The notes under the pieces were generated by a model. That model did not search any database, was not told where the DNA came from, and saw nothing but the letters and a program-made list of their open reading frames with translations. From Oligoflexia bacterium (lineage in GTDB: Bacteria > Bdellovibrionota > UBA1018 > CAIPTA01), in assembly GCA_023954355.1 (NCBI GenBank), contig JAMLID010000005.1, forward strand, positions 38,092 to 102,091: a stretch of 64,000 bases of DNA, in the 5' to 3' direction. A program made the translations under genes and the position numbers. Of this stretch, positions 49,478 through 59,159 are shown piece by piece (positions within the stretch are counted from its first letter, which is position 1; every line of letters starts with the position of its first letter).

Positions 49478-51436
49478 CTATAAAAATAGTTCCGGTCTCG
49501 AAACTAGTTTTTCCCATATGAGGTTATGAAAATCTACTTTTCCTACGGCCAATAGACCCGTGCCACCTGAAGATTGAAAGCTTGCATTCATACCGTTGGC
49601 GTATCCAAAACAATCATCAGCCTCTAAGGTAGTATCAGAAGCATCATCACCTAAATCAACTTTAACGCCTCCAGAATAAACCACTAAAAACTCTTCACTA
49701 TTCGCAGCAGCTTGAATATATTCACCATCTTTAAAAAACTGAAAGCGAAAGGTATCAATCAACTGCGCTTGCTCAATGGCTCGCAATTTAGAAAAAAGTG
49801 GGTGTCTACGGAAAAAACTCGTCAATCGTATCATTGCCTTTACTCTATCCGGTGAACCCATAGACTCAGCGAAACGATCAAAACCGTCTTTATTTAGTAC
49901 CAATACGATACAACCACCATCTGAAATAATTGAAGCAGTTCTTGGAACATCATCAATTAATGCAATTTCGCCAAACGCATCGCCTTCGCCTAAGTCTGCA
50001 AGAAAATGCGTCTTACCAGCAGGTTCTGCGTAATAGGCATTTGCAATCCCTTTAACTAGAACATAAAACTCGCTACCAACTTCTCCCTGATGCACAAGGT
50101 ATTCGCCTGACGCATAATATCTTGGGTTCATCTCATTTAAGAGCGCTAATCTTTCTTGATCATTCAAATAAGAAAAAAGAGGGATTTTCTCTAAAGCAGA
50201 CATTCTTTCTTCAAAACTAAGGCTATCTTTCTCTTTACCTTTTTCTACTACAACTTTATTTTTTCTAAAAAACGTTTGGTCTCTGAGAAATCCAACAACG
50301 AAAACCATTGCGGGAAAAACCAACGCACTCAAGAGCAGAAAAACTACAACTGAGGCCATTACTTGTAGCGTAAGATCTTCTTGCCCTGTTAAATCAGTAA
50401 CGACTTTTTCAGACAATACATCCCAAAACATTCTCGTAAAATCTAGCCATGCCAATAACCAAATAAATGAAACCAAAATACCAATGAGCATCTCTTTGCT
50501 TAAGCTGCCTTTTGTTTTAAAAATTTGTCTAAGGCCAGAAGATATAGATTCTGATAACTTATTGCGAACAAAAAGCGTGTGTATGAATGTTGCCCCATCA
50601 AAAGGCAAAAAAGGAGCTGCAAAAATTAGTGTTGCAAAGCTAATCCCGGCTACACAAAAGTAAACATTTTGCAGACTCAAAACATCTAACTGAAGTAATC
50701 CCACAGGGATAACCAATGTTGATAAAGAAGCTAGTATCCCAACAAGACTCAATAAAACTCTGGAGCGAACCCCTTCTAATTGCACTTCACGAAAGTCTGC
50801 CGTCGGAAAAACAAAACCCCAGTAAAAAGAAAATCGATGCTTTATGGTAGATCGCCCCAGACTCTCTACTAATGCTCCTTGAAATAAAGACCTCATCCAA
50901 ATCGCAACAGTTGCCGCCAAATAGATACAGATAAATAAATGTGAATAAGAAAAAACAATAAATGCCCCTTCATTGAGGTCTTCGTAGGGGAAATACAGTA
51001 AGCCTACCGTCGATAATATGGCAGCTAAAAAAATAATAAGACCCGGGCCACCCCATCGAATCAACCTGGCAAAAACACCGAAGCACAAAGCCGAAAATGC
51101 ATCTAAACCAGCAATTTCAATTTTTTTCTTATCTAACTCTAACTCCAAGGTAGCAGTATCGGATTCAATTTTTCTTCCGGTAATCGTGTTCACGTCTAAA
51201 ATCTGTAGTTTTTTTAATTTCGCTAAAACTGCTACACAAATTTTTATATGAGATTTTTTGGCAATTCCTATATTTGGCAACAAAAGCGCTAATAGTGTTT
51301 CTGATTCGTTTTGTTTTAAAAACTTAACTACTTCAAATTCTTCTATGGTTAATAGCTCTTGTTTTCTATTTTCCGGATTATAGATAACCACATGTTCGTC
51401 ATCGTATTGTCCTAACTCAAAAGGCTTCAACTGCAT
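49478..51436 (-). CDS. Polytopic membrane protein with tandem C-terminal cyclic-nucleotide-binding domains (one canonical, one degenerate).
   Basis: About 8 hydrophobic helices. cNMP motif GDAFGEIALIDDVPRTASIIS. The second CAP-like domain lacks the FGE..RTA motif. 652 aa. Confidence 0.7.
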   Translation of the reverse strand: MQLKPFELGQYDDEHVVIYNPENRKQELLTIEEFEVVKFLKQNESETLLALLLPNIGIAKKSHIKICVAVLAKLKKLQILDVNTITGRKIESDTATLELELDKKKIEIAGLDAFSALCFGVFARLIRWGGPGLIIFLAAILSTVGLLYFPYEDLNEGAFIVFSYSHLFICIYLAATVAIWMRSLFQGALVESLGRSTIKHRFSFYWGFVFPTADFREVQLEGVRSRVLLSLVGILASLSTLVIPVGLLQLDVLSLQNVYFCVAGISFATLIFAAPFLPFDGATFIHTLFVRNKLSESISSGLRQIFKTKGSLSKEMLIGILVSFIWLLAWLDFTRMFWDVLSEKVVTDLTGQEDLTLQVMASVVVFLLLSALVFPAMVFVVGFLRDQTFFRKNKVVVEKGKEKDSLSFEERMSALEKIPLFSYLNDQERLALLNEMNPRYYASGEYLVHQGEVGSEFYVLVKGIANAYYAEPAGKTHFLADLGEGDAFGEIALIDDVPRTASIISDGGCIVLVLNKDGFDRFAESMGSPDRVKAMIRLTSFFRRHPLFSKLRAIEQAQLIDTFRFQFFKDGEYIQAAANSEEFLVVYSGGVKVDLGDDASDTTLEADDCFGYANGMNASFQSSGGTGLLAVGKVDFHNLIWEKLVSRPELFL

Positions 51437-51455
51437 ACAACACCCAATACTTTAT

Positions 51456-52943
51456 TTATGATCCCATCCAATAATTTGGAGCTTCTTTTGTAATATCAAC
51501 ATTATGCGGATGGCTTTCTCGTAAACCCGCTGAAGATATTTTTACAAATCTAGCTTTCTCGTACAAGGCCTCTATAGTTTCAGCGCCAACATAACCCATT
51601 CCCGATCGCAAGCCTCCGAGAAGCTGGTGTACTACCGCTGAAATAGTTCCTCTATAGGGAACTCGTCCCTCAATTCCCTCTGGAACCAATTTAGAATCAT
51701 CCGTATTTGATTGCGCATAGCGATCTTTTGATCCGAGCCTCATTGCAGCTAAAGATCCCATTCCACGATAAACTTTATACGAGCGGCCTTGAAATAGAAC
51801 CAACTCACCAGGAGACTCATCTGTACCGGCAAATAAATTCCCTATCATCACACATGAGGCGCCAGCAGCTAACGCTTTAACTACATCGCCTGAGAATTTG
51901 ATTCCGCCATCTGCAATAACAGGAATATTTGCTTTTCTAGCTACAGAGACCGCATCCATAACTGCAGACAACTGTGCAACGCCAATCCCTGCAACAACTC
52001 TTGTTGTACAAATCGAACCAGGACCAATGCCAACCTTTACTGCATCTGCACCAGCATCAATTAGTGCTTTTGTTCCATCGGCTGTAGCTACGTTTCCTGC
52101 AATAATATCGATTTGAGAAAATTGTTTTTTTAATTTTTCTACTAACTTTAAAATCCCTTGAGAATGCCCATGCGCACTATCGACAAAAAGTGCATCTACG
52201 CCAGCTTCTGCTAAAGCACTCGCGCGATCTAATACATCTTCACTAACGCCAATCGCAGCACCTACCACTAATCGCCCGAATTTGTCTTTATTAGAATTTG
52301 GGTATTTCATGGATTTCTCAATATCTTTAATAGTGATTAATCCTTTAAGACGGTTTTTATCATCCACTACTAAAAGTTTTTCAATGCGGTGTTTGTGCAA
52401 TAATTTTTTTGCTACATCTCTATCTGTACCTACAGGACAAGTTACTAGCTTTTCACTCGTCATATAGTCAGAGATAGGCGCTGACTCATCTTCTAAAAAT
52501 CGCACATCTCGGTTCGTTACTATTCCCACAAGAGTCCCGTTAGCTTTGCCATCTTTGGTCACTGGCACACCAGAAATTTTATATGTGGCCATTAACTTGA
52601 GAGCATCTCTTACCGGCTGATCAGGAGAAGTAGTGATCGGATCTAAAATCATCCCACTCTCACTTTTCTTCACTCGTGAAACTTCGAACGACTGCTCTTC
52701 GATCGTCATATTTTTATGAATCACGCCTAGTCCGCCTTCTTGAGCTAATGAAATAGCCGTAGCAGACTCAGTCACTGTATCCATTGCTGCAGAAAGAATC
52801 GGAACACTAAGAGAAAGATTTTTTGTAAGCTTTGTTTTTAAACTAACTTCGTTAGGCAATACTGAGCTTGGCCCAGGTAAAAGAAGTACATCATCAAAAG
52901 TTAATGTTTCACGAAAAGAGGTAGGCTTATCTTGGGTGTTCAT
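51456..52943 (-). CDS. guaB: IMP dehydrogenase.
   Basis: LTFDDVLL.P, tandem CBS domains, and the catalytic loop [11 protein letters not shown]. Confidence 0.95.
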   Translation of the reverse strand: MNTQDKPTSFRETLTFDDVLLLPGPSSVLPNEVSLKTKLTKNLSLSVPILSAAMDTVTESATAISLAQEGGLGVIHKNMTIEEQSFEVSRVKKSESGMILDPITTSPDQPVRDALKLMATYKISGVPVTKDGKANGTLVGIVTNRDVRFLEDESAPISDYMTSEKLVTCPVGTDRDVAKKLLHKHRIEKLLVVDDKNRLKGLITIKDIEKSMKYPNSNKDKFGRLVVGAAIGVSEDVLDRASALAEAGVDALFVDSAHGHSQGILKLVEKLKKQFSQIDIIAGNVATADGTKALIDAGADAVKVGIGPGSICTTRVVAGIGVAQLSAVMDAVSVARKANIPVIADGGIKFSGDVVKALAAGASCVMIGNLFAGTDESPGELVLFQGRSYKVYRGMGSLAAMRLGSKDRYAQSNTDDSKLVPEGIEGRVPYRGTISAVVHQLLGGLRSGMGYVGAETIEALYEKARFVKISSAGLRESHPHNVDITKEAPNYWMGS

Positions 52944-53133
52944 GACTTACATTAGCACAACAAAATAGTTCTAGTCGACTATAAGCTTGGTTAAAATTTT
53001 CCTTAGATCTCATTCTTTACTTCATCTTTTGAAGTTAGGGTGTGGTTTCAATTTAGAAGCGTTATGAGAAAGACACTAAACACAAGCGAACACCTACACT
53101 CTAGCGTAGGCGCTTTTCGCAGATCAGCAAACG

Positions 53134-53661
53134 TTACTGCTGTATCTCGAAAGATTTTCGATATTCCGCCACATACGAATGGTAGTTTTTCCAGCCTTGC
53201 TGGATCATTTCTTCTTTTTCACTCTCCGTTAATGCACGAACAGCTTTTGCCGGAGAACCTAAAATCAAATGGCCAGAAGGATACTTTTTACCTGGAGGAA
53301 GCAAAGCTCCAGCTGCAACCACACAGTGATCTCCTACCTCTACACCATCTAAAAGAATTGCACCCATTCCAATTAAGCAATCATTCCCTACCGTACAGCC
53401 ATGCAATAGCGCCTTATGGCCTATAGTTACTCGATCACCTATCGTTAATGGAAAACGCCCGTTCGTTACATGCAGAACACTGCCATCTTGAACATTGGTA
53501 TACTCACCTATTTTTATCCAATGAACATCTCCACGAGCCACCGCTTGAAACCAAATACTAGAATGTGCACCCATCGTCACATCACCAAGAACATCAGCAG
53601 TTGGTGCAATCCAAGCCGTAGCATCGAGCTTAGGTTTTTTTCCAAAACAATTCGCAATCAT
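53134..53661 (-). CDS. Gamma-class carbonic anhydrase / hexapeptide-repeat protein (YrdA/PaaY-like).
   Basis: Left-handed beta-helix hexapeptide repeats, with His ligands in the ..HV..HGC pattern. Confidence 0.75.
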   Translation of the reverse strand: MIANCFGKKPKLDATAWIAPTADVLGDVTMGAHSSIWFQAVARGDVHWIKIGEYTNVQDGSVLHVTNGRFPLTIGDRVTIGHKALLHGCTVGNDCLIGMGAILLDGVEVGDHCVVAAGALLPPGKKYPSGHLILGSPAKAVRALTESEKEEMIQQGWKNYHSYVAEYRKSFEIQQ

Positions 53662-55088
53662 AAAAGAGATAACTCTCCCTTCAGTGCATAGGTATTTGCA
53701 TCTGTAATTTTCACTGGCAAAATACGCCCTTCTAATTGAGAGGGTTTTAAATCACTACCTTCTAGTGAAAAGTTTACGATTCTCCAACCAGCTGTTCTTC
53801 CGGTAGCAAGATTTGCATTCGTTTTCGATTCTCCCTCACAAAGTACTTCTTCTACTTTACCTACTTGCTCGGTATTTTTGCGTGCTTGAATCTCTGCTTG
53901 AACCTCAGAGAGAATCGCATGCCGCCTTTTCTTTTCTTGGTCAAGAATTGGGTCTCCCAATGATAAAGCCGCGGTACCAGGACGCGCAGAATACATATAT
54001 GCATAAAGAGAGTCGAATTCGACTTGCTTGACTAGATCTAAAGTTTGCTCAAAGTCTTCTTCTGTTTCTGTAGGAAAACCCACAATTAAATCTGTGGTAA
54101 TGGCAATACCAGGAACTCTTCGTCTTAGCTCAGCTAAACGTGCCTTATAAAGCTCTATAGGAACATATCTTTTCATTTTCTTTAAAACCGTAGGTGAACC
54201 GCTCTGTACGGGTAAATGAAGATGGGGCACTAAGCGATTTAAATTTGCATGGCAATCAATCATTTCTTCGTCAAAATCTTTCGGATGAGATGTCGTATAG
54301 CGAATACGCTGAATACCTTTAGGTCGACCACCCTCACCTCTAGGATGAGTTGTTCCATTCGCTTCCATTTCATCTGCCATTTTTTGTAATGCTATCAAGA
54401 GCGCAGGAAAAGTTTGCCCTACTTTTTTTCCTCCAAGGGATTTTCCGTAAGAGTTTACATTTTGACCAAGAAGGGTAATTTCTACAATTCCTAAAAGCGC
54501 TAAGCGCTTTACGTCTTGAACGATTTCTTCAAGCCTACGACTTTTTTCTCGACCCCTCGTAAATGGAACAATACAGTACGTACAAAAATTATCACAACCC
54601 TTCATAATATTTACAAAAGCCGTAGATTTTCCAGGTAACACTTTTGTTTCTATCGAGTAGTCATTAGAGGGATCGAATCCCACTTGCATGATTTTTTCTT
54701 CCCCATGATTTAAGCGATAGAGAATTTCAGGCAGTTGATCAATTGAATCAGTGCCCATCACAAAATCTAAATGAGGAGCTCCTTGAAACACTTCTTTTTT
54801 GTCTTGCTGAGCTACACATCCAGCAAAGCCAATCTTTAGGTTGGGATTTTTCTTTTTACCGTCTTTTTTTAAAAGCCCCATAGACGAATAGGCCTTCTGC
54901 TCAGATTTATCTCGAATCGAACAGGAATTAAAAATCACAAGATCAGCATCTTCAATCTGTTCTGCTGGGTTATAGCCTTCGGTAACCAATAAAGAAGCCA
55001 TACGATCGGTATCGTGCATATTCATCTGACAGCCAAAAGTTTTAATAAAATATTTACCTTTGGTGTCTTGTGCGAGGGTATTTTCCAT
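53658..55088 (-). CDS. miaB: tRNA-2-methylthio-N6-dimethylallyladenosine synthase MiaB.
   Basis: KYFIKTFGCQMNMHDTDRM, radical-SAM CDNFCTYC, and a TRAM domain. The start was chosen at MENTLAQD. Confidence 0.85.
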   Translation of the reverse strand: MENTLAQDTKGKYFIKTFGCQMNMHDTDRMASLLVTEGYNPAEQIEDADLVIFNSCSIRDKSEQKAYSSMGLLKKDGKKKNPNLKIGFAGCVAQQDKKEVFQGAPHLDFVMGTDSIDQLPEILYRLNHGEEKIMQVGFDPSNDYSIETKVLPGKSTAFVNIMKGCDNFCTYCIVPFTRGREKSRRLEEIVQDVKRLALLGIVEITLLGQNVNSYGKSLGGKKVGQTFPALLIALQKMADEMEANGTTHPRGEGGRPKGIQRIRYTTSHPKDFDEEMIDCHANLNRLVPHLHLPVQSGSPTVLKKMKRYVPIELYKARLAELRRRVPGIAITTDLIVGFPTETEEDFEQTLDLVKQVEFDSLYAYMYSARPGTAALSLGDPILDQEKKRRHAILSEVQAEIQARKNTEQVGKVEEVLCEGESKTNANLATGRTAGWRIVNFSLEGSDLKPSQLEGRILPVKITDANTYALKGELSLL

Positions 55089-55137
55089 GGATGCGTTATA
55101 CCAAAAATTCAAAAATAAAAAAGAAAGAGACTAAAAA

Positions 55138-56376
55138 TTATCTCCCCAAGGGCTCCCAAGAGCTGCGGGCTTTCTCTAATAATTCCAAGGCACTAGAGCC
55201 ATCCTCTGGTCCACAGGCATAAGAAACTAAAAAGCGAATATGAGAAATTTCCTCGGCTAGAACTTTCTTTAAGCGCTCAACAACTCTTTGCGCCCCTTCA
55301 CGACCACAGTCATCCATTAAGATAGCGAGTTCTCCACTTTCAGAAATCCAAAAAATAGAGTCACTTGTTCGAAAAAGAACTCTCTGCAGTGCTTTGTTAA
55401 TTTTAGGATAATCTTCGTCTAGGGCTTTATACCCGGGCTCAGCTCGCAATAAAACGAGAGAGATCTTTGATAAAGCACCTATCGCAGAAAAAAGGCGGTT
55501 ATTAATCACTAAATCTAACTCATCTACTCGAGACAAAATAGGTAAAGCGATAGAAAACTTCCACCCGCCATCTACGCCATCCGTATCCGTAGCCCAAATA
55601 AAACCATAGTGAGCAATAAGAATTTCTTTAGCAATAGCAAGCTCTACTCCAAGCCCCTCTTTCACTCTAGTGTCTGCATCTCTCCAAGGAGAAAATGGCT
55701 CAAATAGCTCTTCAAATGTTTCTGGCGTTTCTCCCACTGAGGATTGAGAAGATTGAACGCTAAGAATTAAATACATTCCCGTTTTTTGTTCTCGAAGAGA
55801 AACAATTCCTCTAGGAATCTCAGATTCACTTTCTAAAGATAATTTAATGTGTATTTTTCCAGGGTTTGTTTTATTTAACCCCTCTAGACGAGAAAACTTC
55901 AAGGCATTATAAACCAAAGCATCGAACACATGGGCTAATCTTCTAGCATCTCCGCAAACCCTTGGCAAATCTTCTTCTAACTCAAGAGAAAAAACAAAAT
56001 CTTGTTTTTCAATTTCTGGCTTTAATACTTCTTCGCGAGATCGAACAAAATGATCTAGATCTAATTCAGTTAGACGAACACGTATAGTGCCTGCATCGGC
56101 TCTAGAAATTTCTAGTAAGTTTTCTACAGTACGTTTTAATCGATGCGTATTTCTCTTAAGCATCGGTAAAAATTCATTCTCCTTTGGATATCTCTCTTCT
56201 AAAATAGAGATCGCATTTATCATTCCCGTAAGAGGAGTATTTAGTTCATGAGAAATAATCGAGAGTAGATTAGAGCGATAACGATCAAATTCTTGAGAGT
56301 TTTCTTTCGTTTCTTTATTTACTTTTTTTACTACTTTCTTTGTTTTTGTTTTTTTCGATGATGGATTTTTAGACAT
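55138..56376 (-). CDS. Cytoplasmic histidine kinase fused to a degenerate GGDEF-like C-terminal domain.
   Basis: H-box SHELNTPL, N-box FDALVYNALKFS, and G2 GLGVELAIAKEIL. The C-terminal SLVLL..RTSDSIFWISESGELAILM..VSYACGPEDG aligns to GGDEF (GGDEF changed to ESGEL). It has a Lys-rich N-terminus. Confidence 0.6.
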   Translation of the reverse strand: MSKNPSSKKTKTKKVVKKVNKETKENSQEFDRYRSNLLSIISHELNTPLTGMINAISILEERYPKENEFLPMLKRNTHRLKRTVENLLEISRADAGTIRVRLTELDLDHFVRSREEVLKPEIEKQDFVFSLELEEDLPRVCGDARRLAHVFDALVYNALKFSRLEGLNKTNPGKIHIKLSLESESEIPRGIVSLREQKTGMYLILSVQSSQSSVGETPETFEELFEPFSPWRDADTRVKEGLGVELAIAKEILIAHYGFIWATDTDGVDGGWKFSIALPILSRVDELDLVINNRLFSAIGALSKISLVLLRAEPGYKALDEDYPKINKALQRVLFRTSDSIFWISESGELAILMDDCGREGAQRVVERLKKVLAEEISHIRFLVSYACGPEDGSSALELLEKARSSWEPLGR

Positions 56377-56689
56377 TTTCAATTTCCATTCGAACGGCCC
56401 ACGCATCTCCCGTTGGGTCATCTTCTACTAACTGCACTTGATCTATTAAATCTTCGTTAATTTCGACAATTTTTCCCCCTTCAGGGGCTAGTAAAGCAAC
56501 CGAAGCGCTTCGACTTTTTAGCTCACCGATCCAGCCACCAGACTCCACCTCATCATCGACTTCAATCAGCTCTAATTCATCGGGAGAGCCAATAGATTCT
56601 ATGGCTAGCTGGGTAAAGCCCAAGATATAGAAGTTTCCTTCTTTTCGCATCCATAAAAGTCCATTTTGATACTCTACTAAATCGGCCAC
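56369..56689 (-). CDS. Glycine-cleavage H-protein-like (GcvH-fold) small protein.
   Basis: GGWIGELKSRSASVALLAPEGGKIVEINEDL..DPTGDAW resembles the GcvH lipoyl-domain core. Whether the modification lysine is conserved is unclear. Confidence 0.4.
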   Translation of the reverse strand: MADLVEYQNGLLWMRKEGNFYILGFTQLAIESIGSPDELELIEVDDEVESGGWIGELKSRSASVALLAPEGGKIVEINEDLIDQVQLVEDDPTGDAWAVRMEIENV

Positions 56690-56991
56690 TATTTTTTGTC
56701 TTTCTTGCTAGCTTTAGACCCTTTAGGTTCTAGCTTAACTCGCGCTTCTATTTTTAAAGTATAATTATCAAAAGCATCCTTTAAAATTTTTTGAAAATCT
56801 ATTTGCGAGAGAACTCTTGCCACTTCTTTAGCAAAAATATCCAATGCGCTTTCTCTCATTTTTTCTATATTTGCAAAGAGAACTCGTCTTACATCCGAAG
56901 GGACTTTGATTTCACCCACGCCACCAATGGGCACTTTTCTCAGAACATCCCCTAACAAACCCTGCGCACTTTTTTGAATTCTCTTTTTCAT
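56689..56991 (-). CDS. Hypothetical protein, 100 aa, with a Lys-rich C-terminus.
   Basis: ORF tightly packed in the operon, with start and stop overlapping its neighbours. No known domain. Confidence 0.45.
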   Translation of the reverse strand: MKKRIQKSAQGLLGDVLRKVPIGGVGEIKVPSDVRRVLFANIEKMRESALDIFAKEVARVLSQIDFQKILKDAFDNYTLKIEARVKLEPKGSKASKKDKK

Positions 56992-57446
56992 TTTTTACTC
57001 GCTGGCTTTTTCTTTTTCTTCTTCTTTTTAACTCTGTCTTCAAATGCTTTCATCATAGAAGGTAATTGCGTTCCTGTTAAAGTATTCACGATAGCTTTTG
57101 GTACTAACAAAGGGAATCCCACATCTACAGTATACGTAGCCTCAACTTGGTCATCTCCTACAGCTTTTAGTGCCCATGATCCGTCGTTTGATTTAAAGAA
57201 CTCTCCCTCTACCATGGTCCACTTTAAGCTCTTTTTTGGGCTTTCTGTGTGCTTTAATGTATAAGTAACTTTTTTGCCAAACATACTTACTACATACTGA
57301 GCGTATGTGTCTTTTCCTGATTTTTTAGTGATTTCTATCGATTCTAAGCCTTCGACAAACTCAGGGTATTCTTCGTAATTCGTAATTACATCCCACAGAT
57401 CGTCTATAGAAACATCGAATACTGTCGTGTGTTTTGCTCCAGCCAT
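56988..57446 (-). CDS. SRPBCC (START/Bet v1/polyketide-cyclase-like) family protein with a poly-Lys tail.
   Basis: SRPBCC-type pattern, with the C-terminus KKKKKKKKPASKK. Confidence 0.55.
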   Translation of the reverse strand: MAGAKHTTVFDVSIDDLWDVITNYEEYPEFVEGLESIEITKKSGKDTYAQYVVSMFGKKVTYTLKHTESPKKSLKWTMVEGEFFKSNDGSWALKAVGDDQVEATYTVDVGFPLLVPKAIVNTLTGTQLPSMMKAFEDRVKKKKKKKKPASKK

Positions 57447-57456
57447 TTAATCCTCC

Positions 57457-58422
57457 CTAAAACTTTGGCTTAATATCAAACCTATGTGTCGCGTGAATTT
57501 CTCTTACAGTCCCAGATTCAGATCTCATTACAATTGAATGCGTTGTTGCACCATTTGCTGTGAATTTTACTCCATCTAAAAAGTTTCCTTGGGTTACACC
57601 TGTTGCTGAAAACATCACATTGCCCTTAGCTAACTCTTCTAAGGCCCAAACCTTATGAATATCTTTAATGCCCATCTTTTGTGCTCTAGCTATTTCTTCA
57701 TCATTACGAAACTTTAATCGACCTTGGAAGTTTCCCCCGATACAGCGAATCGCAGCTGCTGCAATTACTCCTTCTGGTGCCCCGCCACTTCCCATAAGTA
57801 CATCTACCCCAGAGCCCTGCATAGCTGCAGAAATTGCCGCAGAAACATCTCCATCGCCAATCAACCATATTCTAGCACCCGATCTACGCACTTCAGAAAT
57901 TAAGTCTGCATGTCTTGGTCTATCTAAAATAACTACGGTTAAATTTTCCACTGAAGTTTTCTTTGCTTTAGCGATTTCTATTAAATTTTGCGTCGGCGAC
58001 ATAGAGAGATCAATGGCATTGGCAGCATCAGGACCAACGGCGATTTTCTCCATATACGTATCTGGCGCATGCAAAAAGTTACCTTCTTCCGCAATAGCAA
58101 TTACAGAAATAGAATTGGCTCCACCCTTTGCACAAATGGTTGTTCCCTCAAGCGGATCGAGAGCGAGGTCTAATTTTGCTCCCTTACCTGAGCCCACTTT
58201 TTCGCCTATATAAAGCATGGGAGCTTCGTCTCGCTCACCTTCTCCAATCACTACTCGTCCATCAAAGTCGATAGAGTTGAACATTTTTCTCATTGCTGTG
58301 ACAGCTGCTTGGTCAGCCTCTTTTTCATCGCCTCTACCCATGAGACGGGCACTTGCTAGCGCAGCCATTTCTGTAACTCTTACAAATTCTAATGCATAGT
58401 TTCTGTCCATTTTTTTCCTCAT
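57457..58422 (-). CDS. glpX: Fructose-1,6-bisphosphatase class II.
   Basis: ALEFVRVTEMAALASARLMGRGDK..APMLYIGEKVG is the GlpX signature. Confidence 0.9.
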   Translation of the reverse strand: MRKKMDRNYALEFVRVTEMAALASARLMGRGDEKEADQAAVTAMRKMFNSIDFDGRVVIGEGERDEAPMLYIGEKVGSGKGAKLDLALDPLEGTTICAKGGANSISVIAIAEEGNFLHAPDTYMEKIAVGPDAANAIDLSMSPTQNLIEIAKAKKTSVENLTVVILDRPRHADLISEVRRSGARIWLIGDGDVSAAISAAMQGSGVDVLMGSGGAPEGVIAAAAIRCIGGNFQGRLKFRNDEEIARAQKMGIKDIHKVWALEELAKGNVMFSATGVTQGNFLDGVKFTANGATTHSIVMRSESGTVREIHATHRFDIKPKF

Positions 58423-59120
58423 GTCTGATCGCGTAAAAAACTCACCAAACGGTAGTCTAAACAGTCCATGTGCTCAAGTATTTTTCGAAACTTTGTTACC
58501 ATCTTAGGATCCGGGGTACGATCTTTCTTCACGACAACTTTACTTCCGCCAAGCCGATCCATGGTTCCCGTGGATACACCTTTTTGGTCTTCCCACTCCC
58601 AAAAGTCTTGCCCTAGGCAAAAAAGTGCTCGATCAACTCCTCCGCGTTTATTGTTCCACAAAAAGAGATCTGCCCCAGAATCACCATGGTACCAAAAAGA
58701 CAATCCTTCAAAAAAAGCTTCAGGCGCTGCGCGTTCATCCACGAGCCTCATGGATGAACCTATGTGAAAAGGATCTAAAAACTCTTGGATTTCTTCTTGT
58801 CTTTCATCAGATACGCTTTGAAAAATGAAGCCTACCGACCATGCACTTACGCGACTCACACGAAGTTCAACCAAAAAGGGTGCACCGCCTAAAGAGAGTT
58901 CTGCCTTGCACTCGTAGCCTATGGGAAACAAGAGTGATTCTCCCATCTCTAATAGGCTAATTCCCAAGCCATGGAGAGAAATATCACGCACAGCAAATAC
59001 TTTTTCAAAGTCTTCAAAAACGAATTTCATTTTTTCTTTAGGCAAGGGAAAACGAGGAACCGTTCGTTGATCAATGGCGATTTGTTTCATATATAAAAAT
59101 TTTAACAGAAAGTTTTCCAT
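58419..59120 (-). CDS. PilZ-domain protein (c-di-GMP receptor).
   Basis: RxxxR (QRTVPRF) and D.S.GG (VRDISLHGLGI) PilZ motifs. ATGA overlap with glpX. Confidence 0.6.
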   Translation of the reverse strand: MENFLLKFLYMKQIAIDQRTVPRFPLPKEKMKFVFEDFEKVFAVRDISLHGLGISLLEMGESLLFPIGYECKAELSLGGAPFLVELRVSRVSAWSVGFIFQSVSDERQEEIQEFLDPFHIGSSMRLVDERAAPEAFFEGLSFWYHGDSGADLFLWNNKRGGVDRALFCLGQDFWEWEDQKGVSTGTMDRLGGSKVVVKKDRTPDPKMVTKFRKILEHMDCLDYRLVSFLRDQT

Positions 59121-59159
59121 CCACGTAGTATTCTTAAGCTGAATATCGCGCACCGAGTT

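Noticed and set aside
52944-53040. Possible purine riboswitch upstream of guaB (minus strand).
   Set aside because: The reverse complement lacks the UAUA..UGGG...ACCGUAAAU purine-aptamer consensus.
53040-53426. 128-aa + strand ORF.
   Set aside because: Antisense to the gamma-carbonic-anhydrase gene. No RBS and no recognisable features.
57668-58213. 181-aa ORF on the + strand.
   Set aside because: It lies entirely antisense within glpX, whose protein is highly conserved. Its composition is Ala/Ser/Pro-rich, typical of a shadow frame.
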